From Paragordius varius (Eukaryota > Animalia > Nematomorpha), in contig OZ176052.1 in the NCBI GenBank assembly GCA_964247055.1, positions 12,338,001 to 12,402,000 of the forward strand: a stretch of 64,000 nucleotides of DNA, given 5' to 3'. Made by a program: the position numbers and the translations under genes. Of this stretch, positions 34,050 to 48,347 are shown piece after piece; position 1 is the stretch's first letter, and each line of letters opens with the position of its first letter. The notes under the pieces are model-generated. The model was not told the origin of the DNA and searched no databases. It worked only from the letters and a program-made list of their open reading frames with translations.

Positions 34050-35570
34050 TTTAAAGATCTTTATCGGTTTCTGTCAGGTGTCATTTCAGGCCATATACGT
34101 TCAATAGGTATTTAAAAATTTTCCTGTAACAAGGCAAAAATTTTGGTCGTGGGGCTTTTTGAAATAAGCCGTTAATTTGGCTTTTTACGCCCTGAAAAAT
34201 GCGCCACCATAGAATGATTATTTAGTTTTGAGGCAATTTTCCCAAAAACTAATGAGAGCATATGGAATCATTCGTGATTCCAGGTATTGTCCGTAAAAAG
34301 GCAAAATTTTAATAAAACGATTTTTTGTATCAGATCTGGGTATGGAGCTACCCGCCTAAAACTGCACCACCATATCAAAATTCCGTTGTTTAGGAGTTAA
34401 TTTTCAAAAAACTTATCAGGCCACATAAGTTTAATAAGGGCCTGAAACATTACACGTAAAAAGGCAAATTTGGTCGTTCGATTTTTAAAATTAGCCGTTA
34501 ATTAGGCCCTTCACGCCCTTAAAAATGCGTCACCATAAAATGATTTTTTAGTTTTGAAGCCATTCTTCCAAAAACTATTAAGAACCTAGGGAATGAATTC
34601 CAGGTATTTCCTTATGAAGGCAAACTTTCTTATCAAACTACATTTTTATATTGGTCTCTGAATAGGGGCCTACCCGCCAACAGCTGCGCCACTATATCAA
34701 TACAACGTGACTTTAGAGGCATATCAAAATTTATCAGGTCATATAAGTTCAATAAGGGGCTTAAAATCTTACCCGTAAAAAGGCAAAATAAGTAGTGCGG
34801 TAGTTATATTAAATTACCCCTTAATTGGTCCCTTGCCCTGAAAAATGCGCCACCATAAAATGAATTTTTGGTTTTGATGCAATTTTTCGAAAATCCCAGG
34901 AGAGTATATGAAATCAGTCTTGATTCCAGGTATTCCCTAATTAAGGCAAAAATTTTAATCGAGCGTTTTTTTGTTTTGCCTCTGGTTAGGGGGCTTCCCG
35001 CGTAAACTGCGTCACCATATCGATACAGCATGCCTTTGGAGCCAAATTTGAAAAAACTTATGTGTCTAATAGAAATATATGGAATATATGATAATTTCAG
35101 ATATTACCCAAATAAATACAAAAAATTTGCCCAACGCTTTTTTACCCCCTGGGTAGGGATGGCAAAAATGCGCCACTGTATAGAAAATGCGTTGTTTTGG
35201 AGCTAATTTACAGAAAATTTATGAAATATGAGTTCATTAAAAACTTGAAATATTACCCGTAAGTAGAAAATTAAGGTCGGCCTTTTTTAATCAGCCGTTA
35301 ATTTGGGGCTTTTATGCCCCTAAAAATACGCCATCACTTAACGATTATTAAGTGTTGAGGTATTTTTTCGAAAACCCCATGAGACTAGGGTATCAAAGAT
35401 GATTCCAAATATTTGCCCTATAAAGGCAAAGAATTTAACACAGCGCTTTTCCATATAGGTCTATGGCTAAGGGTCTACCGGTTTAAAACTGAGACGCCAT
35501 GCAAAAATGGCGTGGTTTTGGACCCGATTAAAAAACTTAAGAAGACATACGAGTTCAGTTAAACACATTT
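34050..35570. repeat. Tandem satellite, ~161-bp monomers with A/B alternation (~325-bp dimer)
   Basis: GCGCCACCAT-like anchors at 34201, 34364, 34527, 34686, 34847, 35009, 35170, 35328, 35491 (spacings 158-163). Confidence 0.85.
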
Positions 35571-36892
35571 TGGTGAATTTGTATATCATTCTTCCTTTAA
35601 AAGGGGACTAAAAATGAGTTACTTTTTATAACTCTTTTGATCCCAGCTGTGTGAACACAATTTCAAAATAAAACTTTTAACCATAATTTCGTAAAACGAA
35701 AACCTTAAATTAAATCCAATGATAGTTGAATATTAACTTTCATAAGGGACAGTTAAAATATGGTTAATTTGGAGAAAACAACAATTATAATAACTTTTTT
35801 ATTTATAACTTTCACCTTAACCCTATTTTTAAATTGTTTTATTTATTTAAACCATAGTAAATTTTATATTCAATTTAAACGCAAATAGATTGCAGTTATT
35901 ATTGTGATGTTAAGAAACTTTATATGAAATTAGAACCTTTTAACGCATAAACAATGGGGAACCGGAAGCAATTTTTCATCAAATTTTTTGAATCAGAGAC
36001 TAATAACTTTAATTACTGCCTTAATGATTACTAAAATTTAAAAGACCTTTTATTAAAATAATTATAAATTATACGTATCTAAAATTATTTAAATTACATT
36101 TTAGAGAAAAGGAAAGGTTTCCAATGCTTGTGGACAATGTTATAAACCAAAAAAAATTCACAGATTATGAAATATTTTAATAAAAATAATTTTCTGATCG
36201 TGATATACAAAATTAATCAAATTTTCCCATATCTTTTAATTTTTAAATACAATATATTCAATCTGGGCATACAGCAATTGATGAGTATATATTATGCATT
36301 GCCTTTATAAAACAGATAAAAAAATAAATATTTTTTAATCAAGCACACATGGTTAAAAATTAATAAAAAAAATATTTTTTCCATTTTTTTCTCCCATATA
36401 TAAAAAAACGTTACATTTTATGTATATATTTAAAAATGCATAAAATGCATAAAATATAAAGTAAGGCTTTAACATCTTGTAATACATACACTATTTTTTA
36501 TTATCATTTTTTTGCGATGAAATAAACAATTTTTTTATCATCATTATAGTTTTATCCCATATTTTTTATAAAAATTTAGACAAATACTAATTGTTCTGGA
36601 TCCAAAAAAAAATGAAAATTAAATTACCTGTGTCTCCTTTTTTGTACGAAATATGTCCGATATATTTGTTACAAATTTAAAAATGCATTTTTTTCGCACC
36701 AAAATTAATTTCAAATCTTTGTGTGTATACGTTGATAAACAAAATCAGAAAATTCCCTGGCTTTGAATTGTTTTTCATTGCTTCGCTGAAAATTTAATAA
36801 AACGAACGTCACAGTATAATCAAAAAATCCAACTCAATAATATCATGTAATTCAATATTGTAATTTTATTCAAAATATAATAAATTGCTAAG

Positions 36893-38480
36893 ATGAAGTC
36901 AAAAATTAAAATTGTGCGCAGTCTTTTCAAAGCGCTAATATTTCTTTTTCATACCATATTACCCATCAAAAGTTTCAATATTGAAACCAATATAACCACA
37001 ATATATTCCGGAGATCCAAATTCCTATTTTGGCTGGACTTTAGCATCGTATATTTATGAAGGCACACCCTGGTTAAATTTTATTTATTTAATTAAAAAAT
37101 ATATTTTTGCTAATATTTCCCTATAGATATTGGTTTCATTCCATTTTTCTAATTAAAAAATTTGAACTCCGATGATTCATAATTAAGATAATTGAACTCT
37201 GTTTTTCAAAAATATTATGAATGTTTATGTATATATATCGAAATATAGGTGTGGTAATATTATCATAATAAATTTTTTTTATAATATTTTTAAAATCATA
37301 AATATTTTAGGATAGAAAGCGCAATATCGAAAGAATGTAGATTTTTAAGCATATGTGCGCAAATTTTTCTCTGCGCTCATAATTTTTACGATGCGGTTAT
37401 TTATACGCAGTTTATTTCAGTTCGGTTCAGTTATACTTTATGAGAATGACCTGATAACATAGTTAAAAACTATTAAACCATATTTATTCATTTTGGTATT
37501 TTAAGGTTTACTTATTTATTTATTTGAAGTTTCTAATTAACCTTTGAAGTTTACGGATAAAAATTCTATTTTTCACATATTTGTATGATCTTTATCAGAT
37601 TTTAACATGGAAAGATTGTAATCTCTTAAATCGCTAAATTTTACAATTAAAACTAAATTTTCAGCGTTAAAATCTAAATTTTAATATTATAATTTATATG
37701 TATAAAGTAGACAATATTGTTTCAAATTACAATGAATATTGTTTTCACTCAAACACGACACATTTTTAACTTATATTACAGATATATATTTTATTTTTAA
37801 TTAATTCATGAATATATACTTTTTAACCAAGAAACTTGGCATTAATATGCCTTGAATACTAAATATTTTTATGTGTTCCTAAAATATAACAATTTCTCTA
37901 TAAAATTGTATATATATTTAATAGGCGGTGTTAATTTATGGAAATATAAAATCAGCTAATATATATATAACGGTATATTAATCTTTTTTTTTCATGACAA
38001 ACAAAAGCACATTTCGCAATTATTTAAGTAAACTTGTAACAAAGATCTCAGAAAATATAATAAGAATATAAGACAAACTAAATAGAGTTAAAAGTTTGTT
38101 CCGCTTTATCGAATAGAGAGAATAGATCATTCGGTTACCTCACATATAATATAATTTATTCCATGAAACCAATTAATTATATCGTACAAAAATACATTTT
38201 TACCCTAGAATTACAGTTATTTCTTTAGACCTCAAATTGAATATTTTGGGATGATTTTGTAAAAACCATATTATAAATATAATTTTTGACTTTGAAAAGT
38301 GACAAAATTTATAATATATATAAATTTTTTATAATTATAGGATATTGATAGGCGCTCCTAGATCAGAAACCAGACAGCCCGGAGTTGTCAGAGGTGGAAC
38401 CGTTTTCCGATGCGTAGCTGGCGTGCCTGAGTCTTGTCAAGAAATTATTTTTGATACAACTGGTATGTATGTTTTTCACA

Positions 38481-38541
<61 letters not shown>

Positions 38542-41500
38542 TTTTGTCTTATTTTGCGCAAAATAAACACCATTTATGTAACATGCAAATGCGGAAGCTT
38601 GTATTAAGGAATCTTGAAAGCTCATGTTACATTAAAATTTTATGTTTTCACGTATACTATTGTGAAATATACATCATCTATTACCTATTTCCCCACCATA
38701 AAAGTTGATTTATAAACTCAATTAGTTTTCTTACGTTTAATCCAATCAACACCCAATATCTCCGTAGTAATGAAATATAAAGTTTGATAATAATTAATCT
38801 TAAAAATGATTATATATGTATATATAATTTATTTTGAAAACAAAACAAAATTGATTTTATATTCCATATTGTTTCCGCCCATCTGCTTGTGTGTAACCTG
38901 TATTGTTGTTTCTTTCAAGCGCATCGCTAATTTTTACGAATATAAATTACATATATAAAGGATTTATTTTATAATTAAATACTTTTTTACTTGAGTAGAG
39001 TATATGATTAATGATCCCTTTTAAGGGTAAATATCCGCAAATTAACATATACTTGTTAAAACTAACAGCATTGAACAAATAAACTTTTGCATTTCAGTTG
39101 TCAATATATTTTGGGACTTTTTTAATTAAAATTTGGCCAATATTAACTGGGCTAAATTATTATTTGTATAGGTTCACGAATGGCGTATAGGGGAGCTTTC
39201 CTTCATCAAACGGAAGAAAAATCAAATCAATGGTTTGGACACACACTTTCAGTTTCGGGTCAAAGTGGAGATTTTATTATGGTATTAATGCGTTTAATAT
39301 TTTAAGTGAAAAAACCAAAAATTTATAAAACAATACATAATTTCACAAAATATTATGGTAGGCGTGTGCCCCTAGATACGTGCATTTTTCACCCAATTTT
39401 CAAAAAAGAGAGCCTGTCGGAATGTGTTACATATCGAAAGATCATTTGAGATCTTTTCAAGAGCATTCGCCTTGTAGGACAGGTAAATTAAAAATTATAT
39501 GTAAGTAAATTAGAAAATTTATAGAAACACTAACTATTTTTATATCTGATATTTTTAGGAAAGTGGGGATATCATAGACAAGGACATTGCCAAGCTGGTT
39601 TCAGTGGGGCCTTGTTTAAGGTTATATTATATTCATTGAACCATACCATCATGGGATATTTTGAGTTTTGGGTCAATTTATAATATTATTCTATTGAAGG
39701 CGGTGTCTATCTCGTTTAATTTTTTGATTGCAACAATTTTTGTTTGAATATAAACAAAAAGTATTATTATAGATTTTATCTTTTTGATGTTAAATTTTAT
39801 TTTATTCGCGCATTAATTGCCGCAATGAGTTTTTATGTGTAATATAGTGTAATGCACACAAAATCAAAATTTGAAAATATAAACCCTTTATTAGAACAAC
39901 ATAAAAACTCAGGGTAAACATATATGACTTTTTAAAAAGCGATAAATCTCGTATGTGAAACTATTTTTTTTGAGTAATGAACAGTCAAACAATATCCATA
40001 AGATAAAATCATAAGTGACCGTTATATTTAAATTTTATGAAAGAATTAAATATATATATATATATAATTTAGGATGGTCGTAGAGCTGTAATATCAGGCG
40101 TCGGAAGCTGGTATTGGCAAGGTACCTGATATATATAAGTTTATTAAAATCAATCGAAACCCATTTGACAAACTGAATTATTTTTATTAATTATAAAAAT
40201 ATTTAAAATGATTTTCGATCAATTAGGCCAATTGTTCTTGCAAAATATTCAAAACTCACTCAACATATTAAGCACAAAAGAAGGGCCATCGAGAATGGAC
40301 GACACTTATATGGGTTATTCAATGGCTTTGGGAGAATTCGATGGTTTGGCTGGAGAAGGTGCAAATTATATTTTTAAAATACAGATAACGGCTATTTGAA
40401 TAAAATGCCGAAAATTACTATAACTAAAGAATCCATTTTATAAAATCTATTATATTTTATCGTACAGATATCGCAGTAGGAATCCCAAAAGGGTTAAATA
40501 TGACCGGAAAAGTGGTGCTTATGAATTCCAATTTGCAAACCATTGTCGAATTAAACGCATTTATGGTTAAAGATGAAAAGAGTAATACGCAAGAACAGGT
40601 GATTACTTTTTTACCAAATTTTGACATGTGTTATTTTTGGCAAATTTTTTAGAATTATATTTTTTACATAGCTTGGCTCTTATTTTGGGTACTCAATAAC
40701 CGTTGCTGATTTAGATGGGAACAAGTATTACAAAATGTTTATAATAATTTAGATTGCAAGATGTTATAATTGGCGCACCTTTATACAATGAAATCGAGCA
40801 AAATGCGGAAAGTTTTGAAACGGGTCGCGTTTACATTTTCTTTCAAACAGCCAAGGTTAGTTTTATAATTTATTTATTTTGTTATTATAGAGTCAATTTC
40901 AAAAAAGCATGTATATCGATGGAAATCGGAAATCTCAAAGCAGATTTGGTTTGGCTGTAGCCTCACTCGGTGACATTAATTTGGACGGATTTGAAGGTAA
41001 GTTTATTACAATTGCATAAAATTTAAATCAATTATGACTCAATATATTTTTATACCAAAAGTATCTTAAATAATTATTAAAATAATAAAGTTTTTTTCTT
41101 TTCCACCTAAGGTCAAATGTGAGAACAAAATTGGTATTCGGTATATTTTTATATATGTAATTTGGTCATCAAAAAACCGTTTAGAAGAGGCATTAAATGC
41201 TTAATTAATTTTTCTACTGTAATATTAAATATTATCACTTATGAAATCATATTTTAGGTCTAATATCTTTAGTTTTTCGTTTGTCTAATCTTAACTTTCC
41301 GAAGTACAAATGCTAAATGCGAATTGTTTAACCTTCAAAATAACACCTTACATTAAAATATAATATTTGCAACGTTAAATCAATTGAATGCTTTATCATA
41401 AATAAAAACACAATATCAGTTACGATTTTTTAACCAAAAAATATCTGTGAGTATGCCTTTATGATGCGGGAAATTAATAATTAATATATTAAAATAAAAT

Positions 41501-44500
41501 TTTACCCAATGACTATAAAAGAATCTAATAATAAAATGGCCATTTGGTTCGTTTTTTTGTTCTCATACATGTTTTGAAATGAATTATTTATTCTTACAAA
41601 TATTCTAGGGAAACATGTCTTAAATGGGATTGAAACTTTAAATAGAATAAATATTGAACAATATATGTTTCTGCGCCCTTTTTGCATTTCTATTTTCCCA
41701 TTCAGATATTGTGGTTGGGGCCCCTTACGATGGTCCCAAAGGCAATGGTGCAATATACATTTACAATGGAAAATCAACTGGTCTCTCAAATGAATATTCA
41801 CAGGTACACAAGGATAAACATAATGTTTATTTAACTTTTACTCAATCTTTTTATAATTAGGTGGTATATGCAGAAGACATATCACCCTATCTAAAGCAAT
41901 TTGGTTGGTCTTTTAGCACTGGGAATGATTTAGATCGAAACAAATATCCGGATCTTGTGGTAGGATCTTACACTTCCTCAAAAGCCGTCTATTTGAAGTA
42001 TAATTTTTATAGCTTAGTAGTGCAAAATCTTTGAATGCATTTCACTCATAATCTCAAACCCCGTTTTCTAAAAATATTTTTATGTATGAGACACAAAAGT
42101 TTTTAATGATTTCTATTTTCCATATTTACTTAACCTTTTGAATTCTAATTTTAACTCAAAATACCCCTTATAAATTTAATCATATCTGAATTAAATTATA
42201 TAATGTATAGAGCTCGCCCTGTTATTAAAGCTCATATTGACGTTAAATTGGAACCTGAAATTTTAAGTCTGGATGATAGGAGTTGTACCCTGATTGACCA
42301 AACTACCGTACCTTGGTATCATAAAATATATTATAAACTTGTCCGTTGACATTTTTTCTTTTGAACTTAATATTATATCCATTACTTTTTATTTGATTGT
42401 ATATTTTATCACTGTGTTCCAATATTATTTGCGAAACCCTTAAATCCAGTTTTTTTAGTTATGTAATTTAACATTATATATATATTTGTTTATTTATAAA
42501 TTATAGTGCCGTTCTAACCACTTGTGTTAAGTATGAAGGAATAGGCGCTCCACCTCAATTAGGTATTTAAATTAATTTACTTACTATTTTATAATATTTA
42601 TTCCTCTTTTTATATATTGTTGTATAAATAATATAAAAAATGATTTTTTTTTCATTTAACTTTTTATATAGAATTACGAATCGACACCCGATTAGATGCC
42701 CAAAAGATATTTCGCCCTCGGGCTTTTATGCTGACGGAAGAGGGGAAAGCTGGAAGTTCTGAGGTTGTAAGGCACGTCGCTCAAACTAGCTGGTGTAAAA
42801 GTTCTTACATTTACCTTGAGGTAATTAATTTATTTTTTTTATTTTTTTTAAAATAAAATTTGGAAAATAGGTCTTTTATTAATTTTTATCAATCGGTTCC
42901 AAGCCATTTTTTGTGGCTGGTGGTTTCAGTTTACACAATATTTTTAGAAAAATTAATTATTGGACAAGTGGGTTCGGTTCTAAAGAATTTTTTGCCCAAA
43001 TAAATTTCAGGGTTTTGTGTTTTATATTTGGTCAAATGGTTCAAACTTTGGATTTTCTTAATTTACGGATAATTTTATATTATTATGCATTGCAAAGAAA
43101 ATATCTATAAACATAGGCATGAAATTTATAAATCTGTTAAGTTTTATCTTGAAAACTCTAGTAGTAGTATATCATATGTTTTGAATAAAATTTTAAAAAT
43201 AATAAAAAATGTTTATAAAATTTAAAAATTATTTTTTTTAACCCGCGTCTCCAATTCTAATCGTTCAAGGTTTTTTTGGTTTCAAAATGGTTTCGAAAAA
43301 AGGCTAGGGTTTAGTTTGACAAAAACGGTTTCGCTTCCATTTGGTGTTTATGTGTTGGGGCTAATATGCATTTATATAGACTGAAATACTTTTAAGTGAT
43401 TAAAAGTGCCAATTTAGATTTTATTTTTCCACACATATCATGTAATAATAATAGAATCAATTATTAATAAAATGTATGTTTAATCTGAAAACTCTTATGT
43501 TATGATAAAATGTGTTTTATACAGACAAATCTGCGTGATAAACTATCACCCATCATAGTTCAAGTAAATATTTCCCTAGTTGATCGAATATTTCTGGGAC
43601 AAACTTTGAAGCCAGTCTTAGATAATCTTCTACCATCTTCGATAAAGAAATCAGTTTGTTTATCAATAATTTTTATTTTTCATTATGATTTTAAAGGTAT
43701 TATATAATTTTTATAACATAATTTAGTTACATATTCAAAAGAATTGTGGATCCGACAACATATGTATACCCAATTTATCTCTGATAATGGTGCGACCAAC
43801 ACAACCCGTCTACAAAATCACTGGTATTTTTTCGTTTATTTTCCACAACTTTATAATAATCGATTTTCTAAATATATTTTTACTATTTAGGAAAAAATAC
43901 TTAATACCGTATGATTAGTTGTTTTTTTATTCTTTTTGAATTAAAGATGCTTAATACTCTTAAAAAATAACATTTGTTAATTAATTTCCAAAAATCCATA
44001 AAAAATGATAAACAAACCTATATTATAACAGTTGTTAAAATCCGTAATATAACGATAAAGGATAATTTAATAGAATTAAATGAAAGTATAAATAGAAATA
44101 TAAACGATATGTGAAACCATTCGTCAATAGTAATCGCAGACTGAGAGTGTTATTTAATTTTTCAATCTCTGTCGATATTCACAGGTAGAAAATCCAAATC
44201 ATCATCATCACTAAGAAAAAATATTGCGTCCCGTCAAACTCTCACCTCTGCAAATCAATCTTTTACACAAAGTCAGAAACGTATAAATGATCAAACTTTA
44301 ACGATTCATTCGACACTTTTGAACCAGCTCGAAGATGCCTTTGAGGCTCAACTCTTGATTTTTGCCCCCAAGGGCTTAGATTTCATAAATGTCGATCTCG
44401 AATCCGATCCGGGAAATGTTTTACCCTATGGGGGTCGTATAACTTGCAGTGTGACAGATATCCAAGGTATAATATCGATTCTCAAATTATTTTTTATAAT

Positions 44501-47500
44501 TTTTGCGCTTTGTAAAATGAGTTGATTACAATCGGATTGGAAAAACATAAATTTTAACGAGTTTTTTTTGTAAAATTTTGGCGGTTTTGGTTTAACCTTT
44601 GTACGACTGATTTAGTTCTTGATGATAACAACAAAAATAAACATATCATTTATAATTATTGTGTGCTATTTGTGTCTAAAAATTTTATAAAAATTTAAAT
44701 GAAAGAGAAAGCATAATTTAAAGTTTAAAAACTTCACTATTTTGGAACTATTATTAACGGTTTTACAATATGGTTCCGGTATCATACCTTCTCGTTGTAT
44801 ACTTAAACTTAAACATAATTAAATTTTAATTATATATATAATTACCGTTTAAATTTTTATTATATACATGTTTTTATTTATTTCATCTTCTTTTATAGTC
44901 AGTCTATTATTAAATACCTCAACTCTTTAATAATTAGATTTACTTCACCAAGCAAAAAATGAGTATTATAGCGCTTTGAATACGTCTCCACAAGAAAATA
45001 CGAATCGAACCGAAACCTTAAATAAATCACCATCGCCGCCACCCTTCTCCGATGTTTTGAATTTACTGTTAGCTAAAAAACGCATCTCCTCGACAAATAA
45101 AACTCCAACTCCTCATAATATCAATGTAAGGCACGTCATGTTTTCAAACATTAAATCACTCATAACTTGTGATATTGGTAATCCCCTAACACAAGGCGCT
45201 AAATTAGAACTTGATGTACGATTCGAAGTCAGTTACAATGATATGTCCCAACTTTATGAGAATACAGATGGTGACACTTCGACACATTTAAATTTCATAT
45301 TTTTCCTCAATAGCAGTAATGCTGAAACGGTGGAATCGCGCTCCGATAATGTTAAACTCATATCGGTTCCGTTTGAAACTACCTCGGATTTAGTCATTTA
45401 TGGGTTAATTTTTAAAAACTATATAGATTTTTACCGAAGTTTTTATAAAATATTTTATAATATTATTTTGTATTTGTGTTGATCCGAAGAATTAATTATG
45501 CTGATATTACATCATATTATTCTAAAACTAAGGTTTATTAATATATTAATTTATAGTATTAAATATAAAATTTAATTTTACAACTATTCTCTGATAAATT
45601 TTGAGTCTAAATATCTTTTTGCCTTTATATCTATATAATATAATTCTTTACCTCTATTTAGTTTCAATTTATACTGTAAATTATCATAAATCATATCCTA
45701 TTCTACTATAATATTTTACTTAAAAACTTTTATTGATATACGAAAATGTTTAGTGCTTGTATCCCAGATCAAGTCATATATTCGGTGGACGACAATGATA
45801 TACAACCTGCAAATTATATCAATGAAACTAATATTGGACCACAACTTATTCACGTTTTTGAGGTAAAAATGAATATAAACATGATATAATACTAAAATAA
45901 ATTTATGCAAAGGGCTGATTTTAGTTAATTACAGAAAAAATCCATAAGCTATATTCTATTGAGATGCGTTATTGAAATAAAATATTTGCGCTTTTTTAGA
46001 TCGTTAATAAAGGTTACACAACTATAACGAAAGCTGAATTAAGCATTCTATGGCCAAGTTATTATCGAAGTCCCACACCTCTTGGGGGTAAAAGGAACCC
46101 CAAAGTCCTACCTTTACTGTATTTGATGGAAAGACCAGTCATTGATATTCATGGGACAGATCTAACTGTATCTTGCCAAATGGATGTGGAAGAAATTAAT
46201 TCGCTTGGATTGAAGGTGAACAACGAAATATATTTATTTTTGAAAACAAATGAAAAAATTATGCACAGTAACGTATGGTTATAAAACTAAAATAAAGTTT
46301 AATATTTAACATATTTACATTTTATTTGAACTTGACTAACGTTTATGTCCACCTCTTGGATTGGATTAATAAATTTCATCAAATGCATTTAAAATAATGT
46401 TTCATCAAATGGAAAAGCGCGAATGATGGTCAATTACATTTTTTCATCGGAATACCTTATTTTTTAGTTTAAATTTGATAGAAGGATATTTTTTTATCAA
46501 AGATAATTTCAATCATCATTGGTATGGGTTAAATACAAACGGTTATTTTTAAAAATTTAAAAAATGGCTTAGTTTTAAAAAAGCGTATGCTCGAATAGTA
46601 TTGCTCAAAAAAATGATAAAAAATCATTCATTTCCCACATAAGAAAAATGTGTAAAATCACAAATATTTTTGATTGAATATTGTTTTTTACACCATTTTT
46701 AGATTGATAGGAGCGAACGATGGAAAGCTATTATGAACTCATCCACTGTTCATAATACAAAATTTAGTCCTTTAAATCAAATAAATCAAACTTTACCGCG
46801 ACAATTACTTTTTTCTGACCCTGAACATTCATTGCCTTTTAACATTGAAAATAAACGGGGTGATTACAATCTTAAACACCATTCTGCAGAAAATGAACAT
46901 TTAAACGCTTTTCCGGACCACGATAAGCGCATCAAACGTGAAATTTATAATGGTATAATGATTGTTTATATTTCATGAATGTTTAATAATTTTTTATATA
47001 ACCTATGGTTATACGTGTTTTTAGAATAAGTTGACACGATCATTTATTTTCATATTTCGGTATAATATGAATAAATATTTTGGAAAACAAAAAAATTAAA
47101 AATAGTTTTAAATTCAATCTTTGTAAAATTTCTTTCAATAAATTTGTTGTTAATAGATGAAGCGCGATTTTTGCTCCAACACCCTCCAACAAGTAATTAT
47201 GATTCAATTCAAGTTGCTAAATTGCCCTCTACAAATACCGAATTCAATCAAAAAACTTACGATAATGAAAATTTCATGTCAAATGAAATTGTATATACAT
47301 TTATAAATATATATATATATATATATTTATTTATTTGCTAATATTCAATGCTTTTTATTTAGAAATATCGGTTCTCATTTTTCTTTGAACCAAAGAATAA
47401 GATTTTCCCTAAAGTTAAATATCGACCGCTTCAAGCGTGTAATCAAAATAATTTATTTTAGATTTTATCGATTTCAATTAGGTTACCTGTCTATTTTTTC

Positions 47501-48347
47501 TCATTATTATAGAATTTGCAGAATCACACGGCATAACAATTAAATAAATTTTTGAGATTTTTATCAATTTTATTTATTAGGTTTATTAAAAAAATAATAT
47601 ATTTGCTTTTTTTCATCAGAATTGTAATGAACGGAATTGCACATTGATTAAATGTACGGCCGGTCCATTTTTATCAGGTGAATCTGCAACGCTAAGATTG
47701 AGGTCTCGCGTTTGGGTTAACACTCTCATTCAACAAAAACTGGATTTGGGGGCTGTCGTTTCATCCAAAGCTGTTTTGAGAATTCTACAAATCCCGTATA
47801 TAAAAGATGCTACCAACCTGCCTATAAAACAAATTTCGGTACCTTTTATTTTATTATAGTTTTTTGTTTTGATATAATTATATTTTTTCAGTTACCACTA
47901 ACATTTTAATAACTCAGGAATAATTAATATTTTTTACAAATGTGTTTAGAACGTTTTTGTTTTGTTTGAATGTCCGAATTCAGCTAATACTATAAAATAA
48001 TTATAGCTACAAAGAAATTTAACATACAGATTATAATATAGCTTAAATTTTATTTTTATATTTCGTTTCTATGTAGGTGAATACATATCTTTTACCGGTG
48101 GGTGGTACCTTCCCCGGCAAAATCGAAGCCTGGATAATTATTTTAGCTGTTACTGCGGGAATATTTATATTGGGTCTTATCGGACTCATACTTTGGAAGG
48201 TTTTTTTCCTCTTAATTTTACCTTTTTTGAAATATTTTCAAAGTCAAATTTATGATTTTAAATAAAATCTACCGTATTTATTAATAGCTTGGATTCTTTA
48301 TGCGTAAACGTCCACCACACCTTCAATCAAAACTTGAGAATGATTGA
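36893..48347 (+). CDS. Integrin alpha subunit, no I-domain, alphaPS2/PAT-2/alphaV (RGD-binding) class; ~26 exons
   Basis: Signal peptide; FG-GAP repeats (SYFG, IGAP, CAPR, SWYWQGQ, DDTYMGYS, DLDGNKLQD, DINLDGFED, DLDRNKYPD); ARPV; CGSDNICIPNL; CDIGNP; furin site KRIKR; TM WIIILAVTAGIFILGLIGLILWK and tail LGFFMRKRPP. Exons traced from 36893-37071, 38341-38462, 39172-39281 through 47620-47838, 48077-48199, 48288-48347. Confidence 0.95.
38484..38538. repeat. (TA)n microsatellite in integrin intron 2
   Basis: 55-nt perfect TA run about 20 nt after the donor. Confidence 0.95.

Noticed and set aside
38345-38708. ORFs containing (YI)n runs
   Set aside because: Translation of the (TA)n microsatellite in intron 2.
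47892-47920. Extra integrin mini-exon VTTNILITQE
   Set aside because: Phase does not fit the upstream donor and no donor follows; 47838 splices in frame directly to 48077.
8646-48347. Genome-wide reassignment of TGA (all other traced genes end in TAA, and the integrin TGA is followed two codons later by TAA)
   Set aside because: Every Trp and Cys codon I read in the host exons is TGG or TGY with no internal TGA, which would be unlikely in such an AT-rich genome if TGA were a regular sense codon.
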